A stretch of 60,111 nt of DNA from a virus. Lineage: Duplodnaviria > Caudoviricetes. Shown in pieces: positions 25,941 through 35,666 of the stretch. The notes below the pieces were generated by a model that did no database searches, was not told where the DNA came from, and saw nothing but the letters and a program-made list of their open reading frames with translations. Position 1 is the first letter of the stretch. Each line of letters begins with the position of its first letter. The translations under genes and the position numbers were made by a program. The stretch spans positions 1 through 60,111 of the IMG/VR virus record IMGVR_UViG_3300013126_000034; one strand, given 5' to 3'.

Positions 25941-26171
25941 ATGTACATCGTGAACCGAAAGCTGTTCGAGCAGAAAGTCGTCACCGACTCGAAGCTTGCG
26001 TACCTGCTGATCCGGGCCATCGAGCACCCGTGCTCGTCGGATCAGTATCCCACGCACGAGATGACCGAACTCCGCGAGCATCTCGTCACTCTCCGACTCG
26101 CCGACCGAGTTGGCGCGACGGGTGGACCCGAACCTGAAAAAATCGAAGATAATGACTCAGACAACTACTGA
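25941..26171 (+). CDS. Hypothetical protein
   Basis: 76 aa, tightly packed in the operon. Confidence 0.55.
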   Translation: MYIVNRKLFEQKVVTDSKLAYLLIRAIEHPCSSDQYPTHEMTELREHLVTLRLADRVGATGGPEPEKIEDNDSDNY

Positions 26172-27345
26172 ACGCGGCCACCATCCCGACAGCCCGTCAT
26201 CGCTGCAGAGTTCCGCCCAATGCGCGTTTTTCACGAACGCCAAGCGCGACTCAGCGGCCTCTATCGCGGGGACGCTCCAGCACAAGGCCGCGGAGACCCG
26301 GGACCTTTCGACTCTCGACGATGAGGCTCAGGTCGCTGCCGTCCAGCGGGCCATCGCGCTTGAGGACGACGTGATCAAGAACCTGAAGGACTACGGGCTC
26401 GACGTGGAAGTGATCCGCGAGCAGTACCTCGCCGTCGCTCCGGACGAGTCCACCGCTGGTTGGGAGGGCATCACGGGCGGGTACCCAGACACACTCATCA
26501 TCGGTCGCGGTGAGCAGGGTACGCTCGCGGCGATTCTCGACTGGAAGTTCGGCCAGCACCTCGTGACGCCGACCTCGGAGAACCTGCAGGGCATCGCGTA
26601 CGCGCTCGCTGTCATGCAGCGTTGGCCCGAGGTGCTCGAAGTGATGGTCGTGTTCTTCCATCCGCGCATCGAGGTTGCCAAGCGTCTTGAGGAGTACACG
26701 CACGTGTTCAGCCGGGACAACATGCCGACGATGGAGCTGGTCATTCGTCTCGTCGTCGAACGCAAGCGCAAGGCCAAGGCCGACGGCTGGGACGGCGAGA
26801 TCAAGCCGAACCCGTCGTCCAACCTCTGCATCTGGTGCGCCAACCTCGCGACTTGCCCGGCGGTGACCCAGCTGGCGACAGTCACCTCGAAGAAATACGA
26901 GTCGCTCGCGGTGCCCGCCGAGGTGCGTCCCGCGTACCTCTCGAACCCCGAGGACATGCGTCGCGTGCATCAGCTCGCCGGCGTCCTCGAAAAGTTCTGC
27001 AAGACCGTAAAGGCCCGCATTCGCGACGCCGTCCTCACCGAGGGCGTGGAGGTGCCGGGCATGCGGCTGGTCACCAAGGCCGATCGCGAGGTCGTGTCCG
27101 TCAGCGCCGTGCGCGATGTCGCTTTCGAACACGGTCTGAGCGTGGAGGATTTTGAGGCTTGTCTGTCACTGCCCTTGACGAAAGTGGAGGACGCCGTCAA
27201 AAAGGTAGCTTCCAAAGGGAAAGGTGCCGCCGCGCTTCGTGAATTCCGGTCCGCACTGGACGACGTGGGCGCGGTGAAAAAAGGCAACCCCTACACCTAC
27301 CTAACGGAGGACAAGTCCTCGGCGGACGACGCCGTGGATAGCTAA
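26152..27345 (+). CDS. Cas4-like / DUF2800-type PD-(D/E)XK exonuclease
   Basis: SPSS..C, GTLQH, GYPD, LDWKFG, NLQ..AY and C-terminal CIWC...CP. Confidence 0.8.
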   Translation: MTQTTTERGHHPDSPSSLQSSAQCAFFTNAKRDSAASIAGTLQHKAAETRDLSTLDDEAQVAAVQRAIALEDDVIKNLKDYGLDVEVIREQYLAVAPDESTAGWEGITGGYPDTLIIGRGEQGTLAAILDWKFGQHLVTPTSENLQGIAYALAVMQRWPEVLEVMVVFFHPRIEVAKRLEEYTHVFSRDNMPTMELVIRLVVERKRKAKADGWDGEIKPNPSSNLCIWCANLATCPAVTQLATVTSKKYESLAVPAEVRPAYLSNPEDMRRVHQLAGVLEKFCKTVKARIRDAVLTEGVEVPGMRLVTKADREVVSVSAVRDVAFEHGLSVEDFEACLSLPLTKVEDAVKKVASKGKGAAALREFRSALDDVGAVKKGNPYTYLTEDKSSADDAVDS

Positions 27346-27414
27346 AACCTTCGGCGGACGACGCCGTGGATGGCTAAAACCTTCGGCGGACGACGCCGTG
27401 CATATCCAAAACTT
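27319..27414. repeat. Three 32-bp tandem repeats
   Basis: TCGGCGGACGACGCCGTGGATAGCTAAAACCT x3, decaying rightwards. Each unit contains a CGGCG-GACGA-CGCCG hairpin. Confidence 0.9.
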
Positions 27415-27460
27415 TCGGCAGCATCCCGCTGCTCGATACAAAACCCAAACACGCACTAAC

Positions 27461-28264
27461 ATGCCTACGAAAATCGTATCGTTCAAAAACAACGCCATCC
27501 ACGCGAATGCCACCGCAGCCGCGTCCACCGTGGAGGAGGTCGAGGCCGACGAGAACTTCTCGGCTGGTCTCGCCCGAATCCCCGGAAACGAGATCTTCGC
27601 CGCAGGCGCGGCGGATGATGTCGATCCCTCGGACATCACGCTCCCAAAAATCAAACTCCTGCAGGGAACGAGCGACAAAAAGCTCCTCCAGCAGCACGGC
27701 TTTGGTGCCCTCGTGCTAAAGGACGCGATCACGCTCGCCCGTCCCGCGAGCGAAGGCAAAAGCGCGGTGAGCGCAACGATGGTGTTCTGCCGCCTGCTCT
27801 CGAAGTCGTACGCTGAGAAGCCCAAGAAGTTCGGCGACCCGTCCGGCTACGCCTCCAGCCTCGTCGAGGTGGAGCAGCTCAACGGCACGACGGACTGGCG
27901 CGAGTCACGCGAGAATCCGCGTGCCTCGTCCACGAAGCCATGGTTCCAGCAGGTGGCGAACTGTCTCGTCCTCGTGGCCCAGCCCGAGGGTGTGTCGGAT
28001 GATCACTTTCCGTTCGAGGCTGGCGGCAAGCGTTACGCGCCCGCGATTTACTCCGTGAAATCCTTCGCCTACGACGCGTTTTTCAAGACCATCGCCACGG
28101 CCAAGGCCACGGGCGAACTTCGCAAGGATGGATACGCGTCCAAGTACATCGAGTTCGTGCCGGAGATTAAGGCGGGCAAGGGCAACGCCGAGTTCGTGGT
28201 GCCGTCGATTAAGTTCGGCGACTCAACGCCGGATGATGTCCGCGCTCTGGCCGCTCAGTTCTAA
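27461..28264 (+). CDS. Putative single-stranded DNA-binding protein
   Basis: Start MPTK at 27461. DITLPKIKLLQGTS motif, located between exonuclease and polymerase. Confidence 0.55.
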   Translation: MPTKIVSFKNNAIHANATAAASTVEEVEADENFSAGLARIPGNEIFAAGAADDVDPSDITLPKIKLLQGTSDKKLLQQHGFGALVLKDAITLARPASEGKSAVSATMVFCRLLSKSYAEKPKKFGDPSGYASSLVEVEQLNGTTDWRESRENPRASSTKPWFQQVANCLVLVAQPEGVSDDHFPFEAGGKRYAPAIYSVKSFAYDAFFKTIATAKATGELRKDGYASKYIEFVPEIKAGKGNAEFVVPSIKFGDSTPDDVRALAAQF

Positions 28265-28270
28265 GCCAAC

Positions 28271-30277
28271 GTGGAACGTATCGTCGCTCTCGATACCGAG
28301 CTGTACTACGACAAGCACGTAAGCGTTAAACCGCTCGGCACTTGGCGGTACACTCGGCACCCCAAGGCCGAATGCTACCTGATTTCGGTCAGCGACGGTA
28401 CGGATCATTGGGCCGGGCACCCTCGGGACTTTAACTTTGCAAATCTGGAGGGTGCCTCCATAATTTCACACAACGCCGGATTCGACGAGGAGGTGTACCT
28501 CGCTCAGTCGCAGAAAGGCTTGTGGCCGAAGATCAACTACAAGACGTGGCACTGCACCGCGGACCTGTCCGCCTACATTTGCAACCGTCGCAGCCTCGCG
28601 GACGCGATCTTTTACGCGTTCGGCGAGAGCGTCTCCAAAGACATGCGAAACTATATGTGCGGCAAATCTTGGGCCGACGCGCAGCAGGAGGGCAAGTCCG
28701 AGCAACTCCTGCAGTACGCCCGCGACGACGCGATGCACTGCTGGCGGCTGTGGGACAGGTGGAGCGGGCAGTGGCCCGAGTGGGAGCGTGACCTTTCAGT
28801 CCTAACCCGCAGGCAGGGCCGCGCTGGCGTCTACATTCACGAGGGGCGTCTTCGCGAGGGCATCACGACCCTAGAACGCGTCGTCCTGTCGTGTATCGAC
28901 CGTCTGCCGTGGGTCGCGAGCGGCCATCCGGCAGCGAGCCCCAAGGCCATCGCTCAGGCATGCCGCGACGCTGGCCTGCCCCCGCCGCCGATCAAGGCCC
29001 ACGACGCGGACGCCGCGGAGGCGTGGGAAGAGGAACACGGGCACCTGACGCCGTGGCTCAAGGCTCTGAAAGACCTGCGGAAGGCGAAGAAGATGCTCGC
29101 CACGTTCAAAACCATGCAGCAGCGGCTGCGTGAGGACGGGACGATGGGCTTTTCGCTGAAGTATTTCGGCGCACACACCGGTCGCTGGGCGGGCGAGGCC
29201 GGTCTGAATTTCCAGAATTTCAACCGCATGCCGATGTTCGTGGATGCGCAGCATCGGCTGATCGACGACCCGCAGGAGTTTGCCAAGCACTTTGCCGTCT
29301 TCAAGGACAACCCGGACGCCGTGGAGGTGCCCGTGATCGATGTCCGCGGGCTCATCGTCGCGCCGCCCGGCAAGCAGATCGCCTCGGTGGACCTCTCGCA
29401 GATCGAGCCCCGAGTCCTCAACTACGTCGTCGGCAACGAGGCCCTGCTGCAGTCGATCCGTGACGGCTTCCCGATTTACGAGGCGCACGCACGCAGCTCG
29501 ATGGGCTGGAAGGGCGGCAAGCTCAAGAAGGAAAACGAAAGGCTCTACTCGCTCGCGAAGGCCCGCGTATTGGGCCTTGGATACGGCTGCGGGTGGTCGA
29601 AGTTCATCACCGTGGCCCAGCTCATGGCCGGGATCGACCTCACCGAGGGCGACCGGGAAGCCGCTCTCGCGTTATCGGTTGACGGCAAAGTCTACGAGCA
29701 GGACGAGAAGGGCGGCCCGTGCGAACCGTTTGTCTACACGTCCGATGTACGCGGGGGACGCGTGAAGATGGCCGTGTACGGAGCGAACTCCCGCGCCGTC
29801 GTGGCCGATTTCCGCAAGGCGAACCCACTCGTCACGGGCCTCTGGCGGAGCCTGCAGAACGCGCTGGAGGAGTCGGTAGGCAAGCATTTGGAGCTGGAGC
29901 TGCCCTCGGGCCGCAAGCTGTCGTACCGGTCCGTGACGGCGGAGCAGAAGACCTCCACCGATCCCGAGACCGGCGAGCCGTTCCAGAAGACGGTCTTGAG
30001 GGCGTCCGTGGACGGCATCCGGACGACCTTCTACGGTGGGCTCCTCGCCGAGAATCTCGTGCAGGCCGTTTCCCGGGACGTTTTTTCCGTCAACATGCTG
30101 GCCCTCGACCGAGCCGGTATCCGGGTCCTCTGGTCCGTGCATGACGAGGCGGTGTGCCTCGTATCTGATCCGGAGGAGGCCGAGAAGGCCCGCCGGATCA
30201 TGGCCTCCACCCCAGAGTGGCTGGCTGGATGCCCGGTGGACGCCGAAGTTTCTATCAGCGATCGCTTCAAGAAATAA
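28271..30277 (+). CDS. polA: Family A DNA polymerase with 3'-5' exonuclease
   Basis: Exo motifs ALDTE, HNAGFD, YARDD. Also HTGRW, motif A DLSQIEPR, motif B KARVLGLGYG, motif C VHDE. Confidence 0.93.
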   Translation: MERIVALDTELYYDKHVSVKPLGTWRYTRHPKAECYLISVSDGTDHWAGHPRDFNFANLEGASIISHNAGFDEEVYLAQSQKGLWPKINYKTWHCTADLSAYICNRRSLADAIFYAFGESVSKDMRNYMCGKSWADAQQEGKSEQLLQYARDDAMHCWRLWDRWSGQWPEWERDLSVLTRRQGRAGVYIHEGRLREGITTLERVVLSCIDRLPWVASGHPAASPKAIAQACRDAGLPPPPIKAHDADAAEAWEEEHGHLTPWLKALKDLRKAKKMLATFKTMQQRLREDGTMGFSLKYFGAHTGRWAGEAGLNFQNFNRMPMFVDAQHRLIDDPQEFAKHFAVFKDNPDAVEVPVIDVRGLIVAPPGKQIASVDLSQIEPRVLNYVVGNEALLQSIRDGFPIYEAHARSSMGWKGGKLKKENERLYSLAKARVLGLGYGCGWSKFITVAQLMAGIDLTEGDREAALALSVDGKVYEQDEKGGPCEPFVYTSDVRGGRVKMAVYGANSRAVVADFRKANPLVTGLWRSLQNALEESVGKHLELELPSGRKLSYRSVTAEQKTSTDPETGEPFQKTVLRASVDGIRTTFYGGLLAENLVQAVSRDVFSVNMLALDRAGIRVLWSVHDEAVCLVSDPEEAEKARRIMASTPEWLAGCPVDAEVSISDRFKK

Positions 30278-30309
30278 AACTCATTTACAGAAACTCTAAG
30301 AAAGACTTC

Positions 30310-32532
30310 ATGAATCCGGTAGTGACATTGGCCCTGCCTTGCCTTCCGAACCTGATCTCCACCGCGGTGGAGCAGGTTTGCCCGTGGACGTTCCGCGGGA
30401 CGATCCCGCCCGCCGTGCGCGGTCCCTCGGGCAAGAAGGCGCGGACACAGTGGATGCAGGACGCGAGCACGCGGCACAACGCGTTCAGCGGCTGGGAGGG
30501 GCTCACCCCGTCCCTACGACTTTCCGACTCGGCGACCGACGGCAATCCGCCCTACGCGCTTAAAGCCATCGTGGGCGATTACGAGTCCACCGTGAGCCCA
30601 GAAGACCTGCAGGCTGGCATCAAGCGCATCGGCGAGTGTTTCGCCCCGACGTGGCAGGAGCGTTCACTTTCTGGATACAGCCACTTTGTGTGGGTGCTGG
30701 AGAAGCCGCTGCTCGTACCCAATCGTGCGTTTGCCGTGGCCCTGCTGGAATTCATTCTCAAGGAGACGAAGTTCCAGTACCTCGCCGTGGGTCTGGATAC
30801 GCCAGCCTTCACGACGCCGGAGCGGTACTACACGAATTCTTGCGAGTGGGCTCAGGTCAGCGACAACGTGCTCCCGTCCGCGCTCGTGTCCGGGTGGGCG
30901 ATGAGAGTCGCGGAGAAGTTTTCCTTCAAGCAGGTCGGCACGACCAAGATTCCCCTCGAAACGGTCTGGGCCGAGCTGCAGAAGAAGTACCCGGGCGTCG
31001 AGTGGCAGGGCGATTTCGTCGCTGGGTCGCAGGGTCCGTCGTTTTTCATTCAAGGGTCCACGAGCCCGAAGTCGGCCATCGTCAAGGAGGACGGCATCTA
31101 CACGTTCTCCGCGCACGCCACGAAGCCGTGGTGGTCGTGGCGCGATCTTCTTGGGTCCAACTTCGTGGACAACTTCCAGACGCGTGCCCTCGGCGCGGCG
31201 GTGGAAGGCATGTACCACGACGGTCAAAATTATTGGCGTCCAACGGGCCGCGGGAAGTGGCGTGCGTATTCGAAAGAGGACACCGCCCAGCACCTGCGCC
31301 TCTGCAAGGGCCTCAACTCGCAGGCGGGCAGAAACGAGCCGTCCGAAGTGGACCGTGCGCTGGAACACGTCCGCCACTGGGGCGACATCGTCGGTGCCGC
31401 GCCGTTCGCCTTTCGTCCGACAGGCATTATTGAGTTGGACGGTGGCGACCGAATTTTGAACACCTACACGCGGCGTGTAGTCATGCCCCACGATCAGCCC
31501 GTGCAGTGGGGGCCCAACGGCCAATTCCCGTTCATATCGGAGTACGTCGGCGGCATGCTGGACCCCATCGAGCAGCTCGACTCCCTGCTCTCGTGGCTGC
31601 GCCGATTCTACATTGGCGCGATGAACCTGAGCCTCGATAGTGGGCAGAACATCTTCATCGTTGGTCCGGTTGGCACCGGCAAGACGCTCTTCTCCACGAA
31701 GCTCTTGGCCAAGCTCATGGCTGGTCACGCGCCCGCGGAGAACTACCTCCTCGGGAAGACTGACTTCAACGCGCAGCTCTTCGAGCACGCGCTCTGGACG
31801 GTGGACGATACCTCGGCGAACGACGACGCGAATGCGCACAAGCGGTTCTCGTCGATCATCAAGCGTATGGCCGCGAACACCACTTTCGAGTACCACGCGA
31901 AGTTCCGCCAACCCGTAAACGTCTCGTGGCAGGGCCGCGTGGTCGTGACGGCCAACTCCGACGAGGACTCGATCCGTATCCTCCCCGACCTCGACATCTC
32001 GATCCTCGACAAGATCATGATCTTCAAGGCGGCAAGCCGGATGATGAAGTTCGCGTCAAACCGCGAGGTGGAAGCGACTATCGACCGTGAGATGCCGTTC
32101 TTCGCTCGGTTCCTCGTGGACTATCACGTGCCCGACCACTGCAAGGGCAGCAGCCGATTCGGCGTTGTCTCCTACCACGAGAAGTCGCTCGTCCGCACGG
32201 CGCAGCTCACCTCACGCCTCAACTCGTTCCACGAAATTCTGGAGGACTGGAAGAGCGACTACTTTCTCGAGCACCGCGAGCCGTGGTGTGGTACGGCGCA
32301 TCAGTTTTTTGTCGAACTTCATCGCGATCCGGCGAAGTCAGCGGCTCTCCGCGGGCTCACGCTGGACCGGGTGGTGATGCAGCTCTCCGCGATGAAGCGG
32401 AAGGGTTTCCCAGTCGAACACGACGACGGGATGGGTGCGCTGCGGCGGTGGACAATACGTCCTCCGGACGCCAAGCGTGCGGTAACGGCGAGTGCGAACT
32501 CGCTAAAGTATGACGCAAGAGGAGCTCGATAA
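30310..32532 (+). CDS. Primase-helicase (AEP-like N-terminus, SF3/DUF5906-like C-terminus)
   Basis: GDYE and SLSGYSH (AEP-like), GPVGTGKT, WTVDD and VVTANS (SF3 motifs A, B, C). Confidence 0.75.
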   Translation: MNPVVTLALPCLPNLISTAVEQVCPWTFRGTIPPAVRGPSGKKARTQWMQDASTRHNAFSGWEGLTPSLRLSDSATDGNPPYALKAIVGDYESTVSPEDLQAGIKRIGECFAPTWQERSLSGYSHFVWVLEKPLLVPNRAFAVALLEFILKETKFQYLAVGLDTPAFTTPERYYTNSCEWAQVSDNVLPSALVSGWAMRVAEKFSFKQVGTTKIPLETVWAELQKKYPGVEWQGDFVAGSQGPSFFIQGSTSPKSAIVKEDGIYTFSAHATKPWWSWRDLLGSNFVDNFQTRALGAAVEGMYHDGQNYWRPTGRGKWRAYSKEDTAQHLRLCKGLNSQAGRNEPSEVDRALEHVRHWGDIVGAAPFAFRPTGIIELDGGDRILNTYTRRVVMPHDQPVQWGPNGQFPFISEYVGGMLDPIEQLDSLLSWLRRFYIGAMNLSLDSGQNIFIVGPVGTGKTLFSTKLLAKLMAGHAPAENYLLGKTDFNAQLFEHALWTVDDTSANDDANAHKRFSSIIKRMAANTTFEYHAKFRQPVNVSWQGRVVVTANSDEDSIRILPDLDISILDKIMIFKAASRMMKFASNREVEATIDREMPFFARFLVDYHVPDHCKGSSRFGVVSYHEKSLVRTAQLTSRLNSFHEILEDWKSDYFLEHREPWCGTAHQFFVELHRDPAKSAALRGLTLDRVVMQLSAMKRKGFPVEHDDGMGALRRWTIRPPDAKRAVTASANSLKYDARGAR

Positions 32533-33214
32533 TCTGCACCGACGTTTTCGTTGGTTTCGTCGCCGAGACGACGGGGACAAGCTCCTCAAGCACCACCACG
32601 GCTTTGCCGTCCAGATCGCCCGCCGTTACGCGAGCCCACACCTCTCCCACGATGAGGCCACCGCAGCCGCCCTGCGTGGCCTGTACGAGGCCCTAAAGCG
32701 GTACGAACCGAAGCAGGGCGCGTTTACCACGTTCGCCTACTGGTGGATTTTAAAGGCCCTGCTGCACGAGCGGACGTTCGCGAAGAATGTCGTCAAGCTC
32801 CCGGTGGCCGTGGTCCGCCACAGCCGGAAAATTCAGAAGCTCATGGCCGAGGGCGTGCCAGACGAGGATATCGCCCGCGAGCTGACGCTCACGGTGGAGC
32901 ATGTGAGGGCGTACGCCGAGGTGCACCTCCAGCCTACGGGCAGCGGCCTCGTGACTCAGGACGGCGAGCAGGTGGACGTGCCCGCGGCGGACGACGTGCA
33001 CGAAAACGCCGAACGTGACTCCATGAAGGAGGAACTCGACCGGGCGATCAGCCGACTGAGTGAGCGTGCCCAGTACATCGTGCGGGGACGCCTGCAGAAT
33101 GAACCGAAGACCTTCACGGAGCTTGCTCGGCGGTACAACATCAGCCGCCCGCGGGCCATCCTGATCTACGAGAAGTCGGTCAAGACCATCAAATTCTTTT
33201 TCCGTAAACAATGA
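32510..33214 (+). CDS. Phage-encoded sigma70-family factor
   Basis: Region 2 GLYEALKRYEP..GAFTTFAYWWI, region 3 EDIAREL, region 4 HTH TFTELARRYNISRPRA. Confidence 0.88.
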   Translation: MTQEELDNLHRRFRWFRRRDDGDKLLKHHHGFAVQIARRYASPHLSHDEATAAALRGLYEALKRYEPKQGAFTTFAYWWILKALLHERTFAKNVVKLPVAVVRHSRKIQKLMAEGVPDEDIARELTLTVEHVRAYAEVHLQPTGSGLVTQDGEQVDVPAADDVHENAERDSMKEELDRAISRLSERAQYIVRGRLQNEPKTFTELARRYNISRPRAILIYEKSVKTIKFFFRKQ

Positions 33215-33567
33215 AGGCGTGGACCGAAGCCTTCGTTCTCTCTCGTATCCGCTCTGTTTTGCGCCGGCTGTCGATGCAGATGCCGTCGATCCGGGAGTGC
33301 AAGCTCGCCGTTCGTCGCCCTTACACCGGAACAAACCCGAGGCTCAAATGGAAGTACCCATGCGCTCACTGCGGCGGATGGTTTTCGGAGAAAGAAACGC
33401 ACGTTGACCACATCGTGCCGGCCGGTAGTCTGAAGTCGTTCGAGGACGTGGGTCCATTCTCCCGACGGCTCTTGTTCCCGACGTCCGATCAACTTCAAAT
33501 TCTGTGCAAACGGTGCCACAAGATCAAGACGCTCGCCGAACGGAAGGCTTCACGACGTAAGCTCTGA
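33211..33567 (+). CDS. HNH endonuclease
   Basis: CAHC, VDHIVP and LQILCKRCH..KT. Confidence 0.85.
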   Translation: MKAWTEAFVLSRIRSVLRRLSMQMPSIRECKLAVRRPYTGTNPRLKWKYPCAHCGGWFSEKETHVDHIVPAGSLKSFEDVGPFSRRLLFPTSDQLQILCKRCHKIKTLAERKASRRKL

Positions 33568-33568
33568 C

Positions 33569-34186
33569 ATGCTAAAGACCCCTGACTCGCCAGAGACCCC
33601 ACAGGGCCGCATGCGGGGCGTGTTCCACAGCCTTCCGCACGTCGAGAAGACGGCGGCGCAGGTCGCGATCCTCCGTGGCATTGTCGAGGCCGCAGCGGGC
33701 TTCCTGACGCCCCAGAGGAGCCCTTTTGGGGGCAACGAGGAGAGCGTGGACATCGACCCGGAGGTCAAGGAGGCGGCGAAGCGGACGCTCATCTTTACTT
33801 TTCACCAGCTCGACAACCTCGTGGACGAGACGGTGCGGTGGACGATCAACGACACCGAGACGGAGGCCGCGGCGAAGAGGCTCCTGAAGACCGAGGCGGA
33901 CCAAGTGGAGGCGAACACTGTGCTCAAGAAGATGTTCGCCCAGCCTTTTTACGCGATGCGGGCGACGCTCCACCGGTCCTCGACGGGCCGGGTGCTGGCC
34001 GTGGACCCGAACAACGTCCTGCAGGGGTGGGGCGACACGCCCAAAGCGGCCATCGACGATTTCAACCGGGCGTTCGAGGAGTTCGACGGCATCGGCGACA
34101 CGAAGCCCGTGGACCCGGAGCCCAACGACCCACAGCCCGAGGCCCCAAAGAAGCGGAGCCGTCGGGCCAAGAAGCTGGAGGACTAA
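33569..34186 (+). CDS. Hypothetical protein (HicB-like GxTPxxA motif near the C-terminus)
   Basis: 205 aa, GWGDTPKAAIDDF. Last plus-strand gene. Confidence 0.6.
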   Translation: MLKTPDSPETPQGRMRGVFHSLPHVEKTAAQVAILRGIVEAAAGFLTPQRSPFGGNEESVDIDPEVKEAAKRTLIFTFHQLDNLVDETVRWTINDTETEAAAKRLLKTEADQVEANTVLKKMFAQPFYAMRATLHRSSTGRVLAVDPNNVLQGWGDTPKAAIDDFNRAFEEFDGIGDTKPVDPEPNDPQPEAPKKRSRRAKKLED

Positions 34187-34719
34187 ATCGCCCGCTTGCT
34201 CACCGCGTTGATGACCGGCTTCGGTTCAATCGGCGAGACCTGACGCGGCGCGAAATTCTGGATACGGGCCGTCGTGAGGCGCGACTCGTTGACGGGCGGG
34301 GGACCGGTCAGCGTGGCCTGAGCTAGCGGTGCCGTCTGAGGAGCAGCCGCCTGCGCCGGAGCGGCGTTTTCAGCCGCTTGAGCAACAACAGGGGTAACGA
34401 GCTGCTGGAGGGTTCCGTTCGCCTGCGCTTCGAGTATGGCATCTTCCGTCAGGACCTCGGGGTTGTAGACGACCGTGGACATGTCCGGCAGCTCGAAGAC
34501 ATCGAGCCCCAGCTCCGGGAGTCGTCCGAAATTCTGGACGACGGCCTCAACGACCGGCTCGCTCATCGTCGCCTCGCTGACGGGCGGCACGAGGATGCCG
34601 GGCACCGTCCCCGCGATCACGTCCGGCAGCGGCGCGGGCAGCTCGGCCTCGACCGGAGCATTGGTCGGGGCGACGGGCTGCGTGTCCATCATCGTGGCGT
34701 TGTCGAGGGGAGCGGCCAT
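34183..34719 (-). CDS. Hypothetical Pro/Ala-rich late protein
   Basis: 178 aa, last gene of the minus-strand module, preceded by a promoter-box variant at 34742-34752. Confidence 0.7.
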   Translation of the reverse strand: MAAPLDNATMMDTQPVAPTNAPVEAELPAPLPDVIAGTVPGILVPPVSEATMSEPVVEAVVQNFGRLPELGLDVFELPDMSTVVYNPEVLTEDAILEAQANGTLQQLVTPVVAQAAENAAPAQAAAPQTAPLAQATLTGPPPVNESRLTTARIQNFAPRQVSPIEPKPVINAVSKRAI

Positions 34720-34722
34720 AAA

Positions 34723-35396
34723 TCAAAGAGAGTTACAAAATAGATTACGACGCCACTGTTTGTGATGGCCGTAGATTCCTCGGGAAACGCGACTCATGCA
34801 GGTTGAATTTAATCCGTGTTGGCCACAAAAATCACTCAATGAAGACGTTGAAATCGCAATCCCTTCAGGTGAAATAAAAAAGTAGGTTTTTGCTCTACGG
34901 CGGTTTGAATCGGCGATTCGTTTTGACCGGGCCTCCTTCGTTAAGGTTGACGGACGGTAACGTTTTTGCGAGGCCCAGTCCCCCATCGAGCTGAGATCAT
35001 CTTTTCTCGAGATGCTGAATCAGCCCAACGCGCTTTTAACTTTTCCGAGATAAATTTTTTCCACGAGTCTGTTTTAAGATGTGGATTTCCTTTGGTACGC
35101 GGTCCGGCTCCTCCAGACAACATGTTGTAACCCGTCGCAATCGTGTCGAAGAACTGGATGAAATGAGCCTCCAGTTTATTCGCGGCTTCGGGAGACGTGG
35201 CAGCGCAAAGCTGCTCAATGACAAAAAAGTCTTCTCCGTATTTGCGTATCGCTCTAGCTAATCCTCGCCGTTTACAGATTTGTCGAGAGTTGTAGCAATG
35301 CTGCCGAAAGCGAACGTGTAGCGGATGTTTAGTCTGCCCAACGTATCGTTTTTCGTTGATCGTATTGGTTACGCAATACAGATAGATTACTTGCAT
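34723..35396 (-). mobile_element. GIY-YIG homing endonuclease split by a frameshift
   Basis: 35396..34941 gives IYLY..TNTINEKRYVGQT...RF..H...E..FI...GYN. Overlapping frame 34986..34723 gives an HTH/NUMOD-like tail (FISPEG...LSDFC..HGL). The segment is visibly AT-richer. Confidence 0.8.
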
Positions 35397-35644
35397 TGCC
35401 ACTGGCGTCTGGACCACCAGTTCGCCGACAGCTTGTTCGAGGTGTTGCCCTGACCCGCCGAGCGGGCGCAGTAGTTGGACTTGCGTCCGGGGATGTGCTT
35501 CTTGATGGAGAGTTTCGGGTCACCGAAACGGACCAGCTTCACGCTGTCGCCCTGCTTCGCGAGCACGGCGAATTTCTTGCCCTCGCCGGGCGTGCGCTTG
35601 GGCTTGTTGTATCCGGAAAAACGTTCTCCGCGGTATTCGATCAT
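35387..35644 (-). CDS. Small basic phage protein
   Basis: GYNKPKRTP...KKFAVLAK.GD.VKLVRFGDP...SANWWS. Confidence 0.75.
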   Translation of the reverse strand: MIEYRGERFSGYNKPKRTPGEGKKFAVLAKQGDSVKLVRFGDPKLSIKKHIPGRKSNYCARSAGQGNTSNKLSANWWSRRQWQCK

Positions 35645-35655
35645 GACGGTAGGTG

Positions 35656-35666
35656 AGTATACGACT
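35656..35666 (-). promoter_or_regulatory. Putative late promoter box AGTCGTATACT
   Basis: Overlaps the lysozyme TAG, 11 nt before the next ATG. Confidence 0.65.

Noticed and set aside
27319-27414. CRISPR array next to a Cas4-like gene
   Set aside because: The units are contiguous with no unique spacers, and the nuclease is the usual phage replication-module exonuclease.
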